Positions 48,443-57,246 of a stretch of 64,000 bases of DNA are shown here, one piece after another. Location of the stretch: the NCBI GenBank assembly GCA_964631415.1, contig CAZVZC010000001.1:119042-183041 (forward strand). Reading direction: 5' to 3'. The stretch comes from an uncultured archaeon (GTDB lineage: Archaea; Asgardarchaeota; Thorarchaeia; Thorarchaeales; Thorarchaeaceae). Under the pieces are notes generated by a model, which was not told where the DNA came from, did not search any database, and worked only from the letters and a program-made list of their open reading frames with translations. The translations under genes were made by a program, and so were the position numbers. Position 1 is the first letter of the stretch. Each line of letters begins with the position of its first letter.

Positions 48443-49573
48443 CTAACCAAGTCGTGAGAGTCCGAGGTCTCTCTTCAGGTCATCTGCGAGGGAAGTGCTT
48501 CGTGTTGAGTCGGAGTCGAATATGTACGGTGAGTTCACACCCGAGGCGATTATTGTCACCCTGATTCGGTCCTCAAGCTCTGGCATGATTATCGCTCCAT
48601 AGATGATCTCAGCACCTGGGTTTACCTGCTCAGTCACAAGCTCCACAACCCGCTTTGCCTCTCTGAGCTGGAGATCAGTACTGCCGCTGACGTTGATGAG
48701 CAGGTGGTGTGCGTTCTCTATTGAGATATCGATGAGTGGATTCCGTAGTGCGTTGTTAACAGCTTCTTCTGCTCTATTCTCGCCTTGACCCTCTCCCAAA
48801 GCGATTATGGACACACCACCATTCTTCATAGTAGTACGAACATCGGCGAAGTCCAAGTTGACGAGCCCAGGCCGTGATATGAGTTCAGCGATGCCCTTGA
48901 CAGCGCGCACTAACACTTCGTCAGCGACCATGAAGGCTTCGGGCATAGAGAGGTCTGGAGCAATCTCAAGAAGCTTCTCGTTCGGAATCGCTATCAGAGT
49001 GTCCACGTGTTCCATCAGCGCCCTGAGACCCCTCATGGCATTCTTCTTCCTAGTCGCGCCCTCCACTTCGAACGGTAGACAGACTATCGCCACTGTCAGT
49101 GCTCCATTCTCTTTAGCGGCTCTGGCAACATGTGCGGCGGCACCGGTGCCAGTACCACCACCCATGCCTGCTGTAATGAACACAAGGTCCGCTTTCACGG
49201 CATCTTTGATTTGGTCATAGGTTTCGAGAGCTGCCTTCTCACCGACATCCGGATTGTTGCCTGCTCCAAGACCTCCACAGGTTTCTCTGCCAAGCAACAG
49301 CTTGTGATGTGAATTGCAGTAGTACAGGTCTTGGGCATCTGTATTGATTGCAAGGGTTTCTGCCCCTTCGACACCGACTTCCATCAGACGTGTTACGGCG
49401 TTGTTTCCCGCGCCCCCAATGCCCACAACGAGTATCTTGGCGGTCACAGACTCTAGAATGGCGGCTAGTTCATCATCTGTAATGGCCCCTTTTGTGACCC
49501 GCTTGGATGTCTTCGGCTGCGCCTCACGTCTTGAAGTGGATCCGCTTAGTGCTTCCTCTAGCAATGGATGCAA
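48443..49573 (-). CDS. ftsZ: Cell division GTPase FtsZ (FtsZ1-type context)
   Basis: GGAGNN, GMGGGTGTG, NLDFAD. Confidence 0.97.
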   Translation of the reverse strand: MHPLLEEALSGSTSRREAQPKTSKRVTKGAITDDELAAILESVTAKILVVGIGGAGNNAVTRLMEVGVEGAETLAINTDAQDLYYCNSHHKLLLGRETCGGLGAGNNPDVGEKAALETYDQIKDAVKADLVFITAGMGGGTGTGAAAHVARAAKENGALTVAIVCLPFEVEGATRKKNAMRGLRALMEHVDTLIAIPNEKLLEIAPDLSMPEAFMVADEVLVRAVKGIAELISRPGLVNLDFADVRTTMKNGGVSIIALGEGQGENRAEEAVNNALRNPLIDISIENAHHLLINVSGSTDLQLREAKRVVELVTEQVNPGAEIIYGAIIMPELEDRIRVTIIASGVNSPYIFDSDSTRSTSLADDLKRDLGLSRLG

Positions 49574-49656
49574 CTCTCAAACACCTTCTGGCTTCTACTA
49601 ATACGCAGATATCGCATGAACAAAAAGTGGAATACTCCCCCGGTATTACTCGGGTG

Positions 49657-50628
49657 CTACCGTTTCTGTCTGCCTTTACTCTGCCTGTCCGTCCTGAAGG
49701 TCCTTAACACAGGGTCAATGGATATTCCGTTCTTGTTGAGCAGCCGAAACGCCTCGTCCAAGGTCGGCTGTCCATTCTGTGCCCCTTGTTTCGTGATTTT
49801 CAACGCTGCCGTTGCATTGGCCATGTGGAGTGCCTGTTCTATCTTCTCAGACCTAGTCCACGCTGTCACAAAACCTGCTGCGAATGCGTCGCCCGCGCCA
49901 GTTGTGTCCACAACCGGGACATCAAAAGCTTGTGACGAACAAAACTCGAACCCGTCTGTGGCGACAGCCCCGTCCTTTCCTTTTTTCACAATAACGATGC
50001 CTGGTATCGACCTTGCAAACCCTCTCAGGGCGCTCTCTGAGGGCTCCACTCCGAAGTAGTGCTGAAGTTCTTGCTCATTCACAAATAGCAGGTCGACAGA
50101 ACGTAGAACAGCAGGATAGTTGAGCGACTCGGCTGCCTTACCGGGGTCGAGGGAGAGAATCATACCTTCGGTAGTGGCTATATCTATCGCTCTATCCGTG
50201 GTCATGGGAAAGCCGCCAGCCACATGCACTGTCCTCGCTCTACTGACATATTCTTCATCAAGTAGGTTTTTCTCCAAGAACCTGTTCGCACCCGGCTCCA
50301 CCATGACGACCCTGTGGTCTTGAGAGTCCGTTGCGATGACAAAGATGCCTGTTGGCTGGTTCTCAAGGACAGCTACCGAATGAGTATCGACACCAACTCG
50401 AGAGAGCTCTCTCAGGTATGTCTGGCCGTGGATGTCGTTGCCTATGCAGCTGATCAGACCTGTCTTGACCCCTAGGCGCGCTGACTGCGTGGCAAAGTTC
50501 GCGGCAGAGCCTCCAAACGAGAGATGGCCTTGCTGACAGATGACGTGTTCGCCCTGAGCCGGAATCTTATCGACCCTGAGAATCAAATCGATATTGACTC
50601 CACCTATGGCAACTACCTCGAGGGACAA
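49657..50628 (-). CDS. PfkB/ribokinase-family carbohydrate or nucleoside kinase
   Basis: GGSAAN, DTTGAGDAF. Confidence 0.92.
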   Translation of the reverse strand: MSLEVVAIGGVNIDLILRVDKIPAQGEHVICQQGHLSFGGSAANFATQSARLGVKTGLISCIGNDIHGQTYLRELSRVGVDTHSVAVLENQPTGIFVIATDSQDHRVVMVEPGANRFLEKNLLDEEYVSRARTVHVAGGFPMTTDRAIDIATTEGMILSLDPGKAAESLNYPAVLRSVDLLFVNEQELQHYFGVEPSESALRGFARSIPGIVIVKKGKDGAVATDGFEFCSSQAFDVPVVDTTGAGDAFAAGFVTAWTRSEKIEQALHMANATAALKITKQGAQNGQPTLDEAFRLLNKNGISIDPVLRTFRTDRQSKGRQKR

Positions 50629-50640
50629 TTTCCACGCCTC

Positions 50641-51573
50641 TCAGACGATGAGAGCAAGTATGGCCTTCTGCGCGTGTAGACGGTTCTCAGCTTGGTCATA
50701 CACTACTGAGTGTGGGCCGTCCATGGTCTCACTGGCTATCTCCTCGTCGCGATGTGCTGGCAAGCAGTGCATGACGATCACATCGCGTTTGGCAGCATCG
50801 ACAAGTGTCTTGTTCACCTGGAAGGGCATGAGAGCGGCCTCTTTCTCCTTCGTTCTCTCCTGCCCCATGCTGAAGAAAGTGTCAGTATATATCACATCGG
50901 CCCCTTCGACTGCCTTGAGGGGGCTGTTCTTGACCTCAAGTGTCGTTCCATACCTCTGACTCAGCTCAGTAGTCCTCTTCAGGACTTCTGCAGTTGGGGT
51001 GTATCCTTTCGGTGAGCCAATGGTGACGTCCATTCCCATTATGGTGCACCCATCCATGATGGAGTTGCTCACGTTGTTCGAGTCGCCAACGTAAGCTATC
51101 TTGAGTCCCTTGAGCTTTCCCTTGTGTTCTTCGATAGTCATCATGTCAGCCATAATCTGACATGGGTGCGATGTGTCGGAGAGACCGTTGATCACAGGCA
51201 CTGAGGAGTACTTTGCCAAGTCAATCAGGTCACTATGTGCGAACACCCGCGCCATGATCACATCACAGTATCTGCATAGCACTTTGGCCGTGTCAGCAAT
51301 CGTTTCTCCACGGGCCAGTTGCATTCCACTCTGCTCGAGGTAGAGTGCATGGCCACCCAGTTGCGCCATTCCCACCTCGAAGGAAACTCTCGTGCGTGTG
51401 GATGACTTCATGAATATCATGGCAAGCGATTTTCCTTTGAGCAGCTCGTGCGACTCTCCGCGTTTCTGCTTCCGCTTGAGATCGTATGCCGTGTCCAGTA
51501 TTGTCCTAAGTTCCTGCCTCTGGAAATCAGCAAGATCAATGAAGTCCCGGCCTTTCAGACTCATCCTCATCAC
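50641..51573 (-). CDS. argF: Ornithine carbamoyltransferase
   Basis: STRTR, HPCQ, SMG, HCLP. Confidence 0.95.
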   Translation of the reverse strand: MMRMSLKGRDFIDLADFQRQELRTILDTAYDLKRKQKRGESHELLKGKSLAMIFMKSSTRTRVSFEVGMAQLGGHALYLEQSGMQLARGETIADTAKVLCRYCDVIMARVFAHSDLIDLAKYSSVPVINGLSDTSHPCQIMADMMTIEEHKGKLKGLKIAYVGDSNNVSNSIMDGCTIMGMDVTIGSPKGYTPTAEVLKRTTELSQRYGTTLEVKNSPLKAVEGADVIYTDTFFSMGQERTKEKEAALMPFQVNKTLVDAAKRDVIVMHCLPAHRDEEIASETMDGPHSVVYDQAENRLHAQKAILALIV

Positions 51574-51632
51574 CTTTGAGAAAGATGTCTAGGGCGGATT
51601 CGTAGGCACCATGTAATAAAACTGCCCACCGG

Positions 51633-52544
51633 TCACGACTCTCCGAGAAGCCTTCGAGCAAACCACTGGGGGTCGAAGCGTTGCAGGTCATCATAACCTT
51701 GTCCTGTGCCCACGTAGACCACTGGTCGACCCGTCACGTAGGCAATGGAGAGGGCCGCTCCGCCTGATGGATCCGCGTCGATTTTTGTGAGTATCGCCCC
51801 ATCGATGCCGATTGTGTCATTGAACTCCTTGGCCTGTGATAGGGCATCATTGCCTGCAAGAGCATCTCCGACAAACAGCTTGAGGTCCGGTTCTGCGACC
51901 CTAGCAATCTTAGCCATCTCGGCGAGCAAGTTCTTGTTGCTCTGCATCCTCCCAGCTGTGTCTACAAGTACAATGTCAATGTGTTTGGCCTTTGCATGGG
52001 CTACTGCATCAAACGCTATGGCTGCAGCATCAGCACCATAGTCCTGTTTGATGATCTTGACTCCAAGCTTTTGTGCATGTAGCTCTATCTGTTCTATGCT
52101 GCCTGCACGGAACGTGTCACTGGCCGCTATCACAATAGAGAATCCGTTCTTCTTGAAGAGGTGTGCCACCTTGGCCAAGGTCGTAGTCTTTCCTGTTCCG
52201 TTCACGCCGACAAACATGATTGTCGTGGGTTCACCCCTACTTCTTCTCTCTGAGGCAAACTGAAGGGGGTCCAGTGGGTGTTCTGGAGTGAGGATCTCAA
52301 GGATTGACTCGTAGATAGCGTTCCTGAATCGTTTGCTAACGCTCTCAAGGCGACCCGCTCTTGTGCCAATCAGTTTCTTCTTCGTGAGTTCGCAGATGTG
52401 TTCTGCAGCCTCCACTGCGACATCATTCTGAATCAGGACAAGCTGGAGTTGCCACACTGCTTCAGAGAGGTTCTTCTCACTCAACTCCTTTGTCACTGTC
52501 TTGGTCACTGCAGCATCTAGGGCCCCATGGAGCCTCTCAAACAA
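51633..52544 (-). CDS. ftsY: SRP receptor GTPase FtsY
   Basis: GVNGTGKTT, DTFRA, DTAGR, TKID, GTGQ. Confidence 0.96.
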   Translation of the reverse strand: MFERLHGALDAAVTKTVTKELSEKNLSEAVWQLQLVLIQNDVAVEAAEHICELTKKKLIGTRAGRLESVSKRFRNAIYESILEILTPEHPLDPLQFASERRSRGEPTTIMFVGVNGTGKTTTLAKVAHLFKKNGFSIVIAASDTFRAGSIEQIELHAQKLGVKIIKQDYGADAAAIAFDAVAHAKAKHIDIVLVDTAGRMQSNKNLLAEMAKIARVAEPDLKLFVGDALAGNDALSQAKEFNDTIGIDGAILTKIDADPSGGAALSIAYVTGRPVVYVGTGQGYDDLQRFDPQWFARRLLGES

Positions 52545-52557
52545 TGGTCTGCTCCCC

Positions 52558-52986
52558 CTAACCCTGCATCTGCTTTACTAGGTCATTAAGACGCCCGCCG
52601 ACATCGGCCGCCTGATTGGATATGGCTTCATGCTGTTGAGCGAGCTGCGCATAGTGTTGTTCGAGAGATGCAATGGTTTCTTCGACACTCTTCTTAGCGT
52701 CTTCGAGCTTCTGTACTATTCTCACACCACTGCCGATGTCTCTCGTGACTCTGTCCGGGTTTGCCAGTTGTACGTCAATGAATATGTTGCCGCCCACACT
52801 AATCAGCATCTTCTCGCCCTCCTTCTTACCCTCAGACTCTTGGAGGACTCCCAGACCTCTCCTATGGCTGTTCAGGCTTGCTTGGACCAGTTCCATACGT
52901 TCCTGAACGATCTCCATGCCCGACTCGGTGGCTTTCTGTTGGGCATACAGTTGCTGCAAGAGTTTCTGCTGGTCCTCGGTCATCAC
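52558..52986 (-). CDS. pfdA: Prefoldin alpha subunit
   Basis: Coiled coils flanking VGGNIFI...DIGSG hairpins; synteny. Confidence 0.9.
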   Translation of the reverse strand: MMTEDQQKLLQQLYAQQKATESGMEIVQERMELVQASLNSHRRGLGVLQESEGKKEGEKMLISVGGNIFIDVQLANPDRVTRDIGSGVRIVQKLEDAKKSVEETIASLEQHYAQLAQQHEAISNQAADVGGRLNDLVKQMQG

Positions 52987-53225
52987 TGGCCGCTCTCCAC
53001 ACCAAGGCGTCTTCTCAGGTCTAGGCTCAAAACCTCGTTGGGCTTGATCTCCTTGATCTCAGATATCTGTATGTCTCTCCTCTTGAGATGATGTCGGCTT
53101 CCGAGGTCCGACAGGATCCTCTCCCTCACATGGGACTCCTTCAGAGCTATCAGCTCCTTGTGGAAGCTGACTACTCGTCTATTCTTCTTGTACGCTCCAG
53201 TGACTAACCAGACCTTTGTGTCCAT
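52983..53225 (-). CDS. rplX: Ribosomal protein eL20 (LX/L18a)
   Basis: FHKEL...LGSRHHLKRRDIQI; synteny. Confidence 0.9.
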   Translation of the reverse strand: MDTKVWLVTGAYKKNRRVVSFHKELIALKESHVRERILSDLGSRHHLKRRDIQISEIKEIKPNEVLSLDLRRRLGVESGQ

Positions 53226-53239
53226 CGACGAACACCTCA

Positions 53240-53905
53240 CTACACAAATCCAAGTACCTGGCTGATGTGCGCCAGTTCGACACCCGTGGTGTCAGTTCCA
53301 GCTATCATCCCGTTTCGGTTGGCCAATACTCCGAGTCTAGTATACGGGCTTCCTCTGTTGACAGTGCCGACCTCTACTTCCACTCTTAACAACTGTGCTA
53401 TCTGCTCGATTTCCTCGCTCGTAGCTAGAGGATGGACAACAGCGCCTCTGCTAGTGGCAACCGTGTTTGCTCCAACAATAGGTAGCTGTGCGACGGTCCC
53501 CGGTACGACCTCCACTCCCAAGGTGTCAGATATCTTCTGCCGCGCTTTGGCATCGAAGTCTGGATGACAGATTGCCCCACTGTCGTTTGCGATGATTATG
53601 TTGCCCAAGGCGGTCATTTTGCTGTCAACCCAGTCAATCCTGACATCCTCGAATCCTTTGAGCCGGAGTAGCTCGTCATCATTCACAGTGTATGGCACTA
53701 GGAGACCATTCGAGTTTGCGACGGACATTATTCCCACCACATCAAGCGTTGCCACTGTCGACTGTACCAGCGGCAAATCGAACGCGCGTTCAATCGTCTG
53801 AAGTGACTTCTCTGACATGTTCATGGAAACGAACACGAACCTGTCAGTGGCGATTCCAAAGGCCCCAACATTCGAATCGCCCTCAAAGTCTGTACGGGCG
53901 ATCAC
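53240..53905 (-). CDS. eif6: Translation initiation factor aIF-6
   Basis: ANSNG, GNIIIAND, GTVNRGS. Confidence 0.95.
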   Translation of the reverse strand: MIARTDFEGDSNVGAFGIATDRFVFVSMNMSEKSLQTIERAFDLPLVQSTVATLDVVGIMSVANSNGLLVPYTVNDDELLRLKGFEDVRIDWVDSKMTALGNIIIANDSGAICHPDFDAKARQKISDTLGVEVVPGTVAQLPIVGANTVATSRGAVVHPLATSEEIEQIAQLLRVEVEVGTVNRGSPYTRLGVLANRNGMIAGTDTTGVELAHISQVLGFV

Positions 53906-53911
53906 GGAGGG

Positions 53912-54307
53912 TTATCCCTCCGCAAGATACACTCGCACTAGATTCTCAGAGTTCTTTGTCGCCCTGATTCTCAGCTTCCTAGGAGGGTTCTGAATGCCAT
54001 GGGCCCATAGCCGTTCATTGACCTCGGGCTGTATCAGCAGCTGCTCCGGCTTCATGTGCCTGCTGACGAACTCCTTCAGGGTTCTGACAGCTCTGTTTGC
54101 TCTCTTGCGGCGGTTGCCAGTCCAGAAGACTCTTCGAAGAGGAACGGTATAGATCCTCTCATCAACGATTTCCTCCTCGGGCGCTGCCTCAGCCGGTGCT
54201 GCGGTCTCCTTCTCCACCTTCTCAGCGGATGAAGCCGCCTCGCCCGTCTTGGCCTCTACGACTTCCTCTGAGGCTTTCTGCTCTGTCTTCTCTTGTTCAG
54301 TCATCAA
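53912..54307 (-). CDS. rpl31e: Ribosomal protein eL31 with acidic N-terminal extension
   Basis: ERIYTVPLR...RA...W..GIQNPP. Confidence 0.95.
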   Translation of the reverse strand: MMTEQEKTEQKASEEVVEAKTGEAASSAEKVEKETAAPAEAAPEEEIVDERIYTVPLRRVFWTGNRRKRANRAVRTLKEFVSRHMKPEQLLIQPEVNERLWAHGIQNPPRKLRIRATKNSENLVRVYLAEG

Positions 54308-54318
54308 TGCTCACCTGA

Positions 54319-54474
54319 TTAGGCCTTGATCTTTGCGTCACGCCAGTGTCGCTGCGCTGGTGTCCTTCTGACCTTTCCACCTGTCTTCATCACTACCCAA
54401 GTTGGCACACTGCTGTTGCTACTCAATTCCTTTGCCAGCCTGAGCTTCTTTCCGAGTGGCTTGTTTCTTGCCAT
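54319..54474 (-). CDS. rpl39e: Ribosomal protein eL39 (51 aa; absent from the supplied ORF track)
   Basis: Manual translation [51 protein letters not shown]; synteny. Confidence 0.95.
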   Translation of the reverse strand: MARNKPLGKKLRLAKELSSNSSVPTWVVMKTGGKVRRTPAQRHWRDAKIKA

Positions 54475-54497
54475 GCAATTCACCTCATGAAGCAGTC

Positions 54498-54830
54498 CTA
54501 CCTGAACGTGACCTTTCTCTCTCTTTCACGACCTTGGATCTGCTGAAGCAGCATCCTGAGCTGTTCATCTGTCACCTGCCCTTTGAGTTTTCCAGAACCT
54601 GCAAGCTGGATCAGCTGCATCTCAATCTGCTGGGCGAACTGGGGTTTGACCATCTTGACATTGGCCAACCGTGATCGGGCTTCGGGAGTGAGAATCTGGC
54701 GCAGGATGGCGTCCTTTCTGGCCTCGGCCTCTTCCATCTGCTGCTCTTGAATCCGCTCTTGGACCGCCTCATCCCTCATGGCGGCGAGTTTCTTCTGGCG
54801 GATTGCATCGAGTTCCTCATCATCACTCAT
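54498..54830 (-). CDS. PDCD5-like DNA-binding protein
   Basis: [10 protein letters not shown]...[12 protein letters not shown]. Confidence 0.93.
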   Translation of the reverse strand: MSDDEELDAIRQKKLAAMRDEAVQERIQEQQMEEAEARKDAILRQILTPEARSRLANVKMVKPQFAQQIEMQLIQLAGSGKLKGQVTDEQLRMLLQQIQGRERERKVTFR

Positions 54831-54846
54831 CGATATCAGTCCTTGA

Positions 54847-55299
54847 CTAATACTTCTCAAGCCCTGGAATCGCTTTTGTCAGTTCACCCTTCAGAGAACC
54901 TGAGAGCTTGTCCATGTATGACCTGCCGATGTCTGTCATCTCTCTGCCCTTGTTGCCGCGTTTCCTGATGAAACCTGCCCTCTCAAGCTGCTGAAGTGAG
55001 AGCCTGACTATCGCTCCTCCGCCTCTTCTCTGCCTAGGGGGCTTGTCACCTCGTCCTATTCTTCCACCATAGTCGATTCTCAGTCTCTGAGTTCCAATTG
55101 GCCCCTTCACGTAGATCTTCCTGAGGACACTTGCACATCTGACAAACCACCAGTCTGGATCATCAGGTGCCCTGTCCTTGTGTACCCCTGTCTTGACGAA
55201 TGGGGCCCAATCAGGGGGCTGGATGTCCTTTCGAGACCTGAGTTCCTGCGCAAGACGACGGATAAGGATGTTCGCGGGTATATCGTACACAGTGGGCAT
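54847..55299 (-). CDS. rps19e: Ribosomal protein eS19
   Basis: PDWAPFVKTG..K.RAP..PDWW. Confidence 0.96.
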   Translation of the reverse strand: MPTVYDIPANILIRRLAQELRSRKDIQPPDWAPFVKTGVHKDRAPDDPDWWFVRCASVLRKIYVKGPIGTQRLRIDYGGRIGRGDKPPRQRRGGGAIVRLSLQQLERAGFIRKRGNKGREMTDIGRSYMDKLSGSLKGELTKAIPGLEKY

Positions 55300-55464
55300 G
55301 AGTCTGTCACCACATCAATCTGGGAAACGGCTACCGCACCCGGACTGGGCGGATTGCCTACCTCAGAAGGCTGGGACCCCAACTTAGTGACCCCATAAAA
55401 GCATTACCATAAACCCACATCTTGCCGACTTCTACCGGCTGTCATACAGGCACATCAGTCGACG

Positions 55465-55761
55465 TCAATTGCTCTTGCTCTTCGCCTTTGAATGGGGTTT
55501 GAAAATGACGGCCGTATTACCCCTGACACCAATCAGTCGAGCGCCCGTGCGCTCACACAACATCTCAAACACACTCCGCTTGGAGTCTTCTTCTCCAATG
55601 GAGCTATGCAGGAGCCTCACCTTCATGTATCGGTGCTTTTTCAGTAGTCGTTTCGTTTCACCGACAACTCCCTCTGTGATCCCGGACTTGCCTACCTGCA
55701 TAATAGCTGGATCCTGCCATGCTATTCCCACTTTTACCGGGTCTGGCTCAATTCCCGTCAT
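55465..55761 (-). CDS. YhbY/CRM RNA-binding protein
   Basis: QVGKSGIT, MKVR, GNTAVIF. Confidence 0.88.
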   Translation of the reverse strand: MTGIEPDPVKVGIAWQDPAIMQVGKSGITEGVVGETKRLLKKHRYMKVRLLHSSIGEEDSKRSVFEMLCERTGARLIGVRGNTAVIFKPHSKAKSKSN

Positions 55762-55794
55762 CTTAATTCACTCCGAACACCAGAGGCGAGTCCA

Positions 55795-56139
55795 TTAAAC
55801 CTGTTGTCTGACTGCAAACCGCTTGACTGTCCCGCATCCCAAGCACGTCACTGACAGGTGGGTCGACCTGTTGTGACGCAAGCGGACCCTGCAGTTCTGC
55901 CCTGGCACAAGGACAGCACCACACCCCTTACAGATTCGTTTCGTCATGTAGCGCGGAATCTTGATCCGTGTCCTTCGTGCGACAGCTCTCGCAATACACA
56001 TCCAGCGGCGCGCCCGATCGGGCTTGGTCGCAGCAGCACTCAGTGACGCCTCCCAAAGCATGTCAATTCTCTCCTGTGCCAGCCTTCGGGCCTCTGCCTT
56101 CGGAGCCGCCTTTCTGACCACGCCAATAGAGAGGGTCAT
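55795..56139 (-). CDS. rnp4: RNase P protein Rpp21
   Basis: ERI..L, ICKGC..LVPG, CLGCG..KR. Confidence 0.9.
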   Translation of the reverse strand: MTLSIGVVRKAAPKAEARRLAQERIDMLWEASLSAAATKPDRARRWMCIARAVARRTRIKIPRYMTKRICKGCGAVLVPGQNCRVRLRHNRSTHLSVTCLGCGTVKRFAVRQQV

Positions 56140-56183
56140 ACTGCTTAAATCGTTCGCGGCGGTCCTTCGATGGGGTTCATACA

Positions 56184-56915
56184 ATGCTGCACATGCTGCT
56201 ACTGGAGTGTGCACTCGAGCTGGTCCCTTCGGAGATCACTAGTCTGAAGGAGATACAGAGATACGCCGCACTCCGCAAGAAACGGCCACAAGAGGTCCTG
56301 CTTGACCAGACTCACCACGGTCGGTCGATGACACGTCTCATCGAGGCTGAACGACGGGGTCGTCCGGATATCGTCTTCATCAGTCTGATGTCCATGCTTG
56401 AGTCTCCCCTGTGCAAGGCTGGTCTGCTGACTGTCCATATGCATCTTCGTGACGGCCGCATCATTGAGGTAAACCCGGAGGTACGTTTGCCGCGCAACTA
56501 TGATCGGTTTGTCGGGCTAGTAGAACAACTGCTCGTATCAGGCTCGGTCCCTCAAGATGGCCCCCCACTCATGAGGGTGATTCGGAAGACTCTGCCCGAG
56601 CTCGTGAGTGAGTTTGGCCTGGGGCAGGCGAACGCGTTGTCGATCCTGACCACTGAGAATGGGAGTGCTACCACGATTGACTCTCTTGGAACTCTTCTGC
56701 CCACAGTCCCAAGCGTGCCGGTGATTGTCGGTGTCGGCGCGTTCCCGTATGGCGATTTCAAGGAGTCCACGTCAAGGCTGTTCACGAATCAGGTCAAACT
56801 CGACAATGAGGTGATGATGGCATGGCATGTCTGTGCAGAGGTGCTCTGGACCTACTCCTGGAGAATCGGGGTGTCGCGGGGCCGCGTTGCGGGAACGTCA
56901 GTTGGTGCTCGATGA
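56184..56915 (+). CDS. nep1: Nep1/Emg1 SSU rRNA pseudouridine N1-methyltransferase
   Basis: RGRPDI, RLPRNYDRF.GL, GAFP.GDF. Confidence 0.93.
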   Translation: MLHMLLLECALELVPSEITSLKEIQRYAALRKKRPQEVLLDQTHHGRSMTRLIEAERRGRPDIVFISLMSMLESPLCKAGLLTVHMHLRDGRIIEVNPEVRLPRNYDRFVGLVEQLLVSGSVPQDGPPLMRVIRKTLPELVSEFGLGQANALSILTTENGSATTIDSLGTLLPTVPSVPVIVGVGAFPYGDFKESTSRLFTNQVKLDNEVMMAWHVCAEVLWTYSWRIGVSRGRVAGTSVGAR

Positions 56916-57027
56916 ACGGGACATGTGAACATTCCTGAACGCCTTCCAACGATTCTGGTTCATGGTCTGGTCGCCGCAAGTAGCGATGCGTTTAAAACAA
57001 CGCCACAGGCACCGTTGCCGAAAGCGC

Positions 57028-57101
57028 GCGCCTGTTGTCTAATGGAATGATCCAAGCCCTCCAAGCTTGGGGCCCGGGTTCGATTCCCGGCAGGCGCACC
57101 A
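57028..57101 (+). tRNA. tRNA-Gly(TCC)
   Basis: GCGCCTG acceptor, CAAGC-CCTCCAA-GCTTG, TTCGATT, A-CCA; upstream TTTAAA box. Confidence 0.95.
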
Positions 57102-57246
57102 CACTTCTTGTATTCCGATTTGTTGTTTGAGTCCATGTCTACACAATCCTTTTGTTTATCACCTTCTGACGGCGCCCCTAGTCAACGAGGAAGTGCTCCT
57201 GTGGAGGCTTCTCATGCTCCAAGCTATGTTATGACGAGGACTTTGC

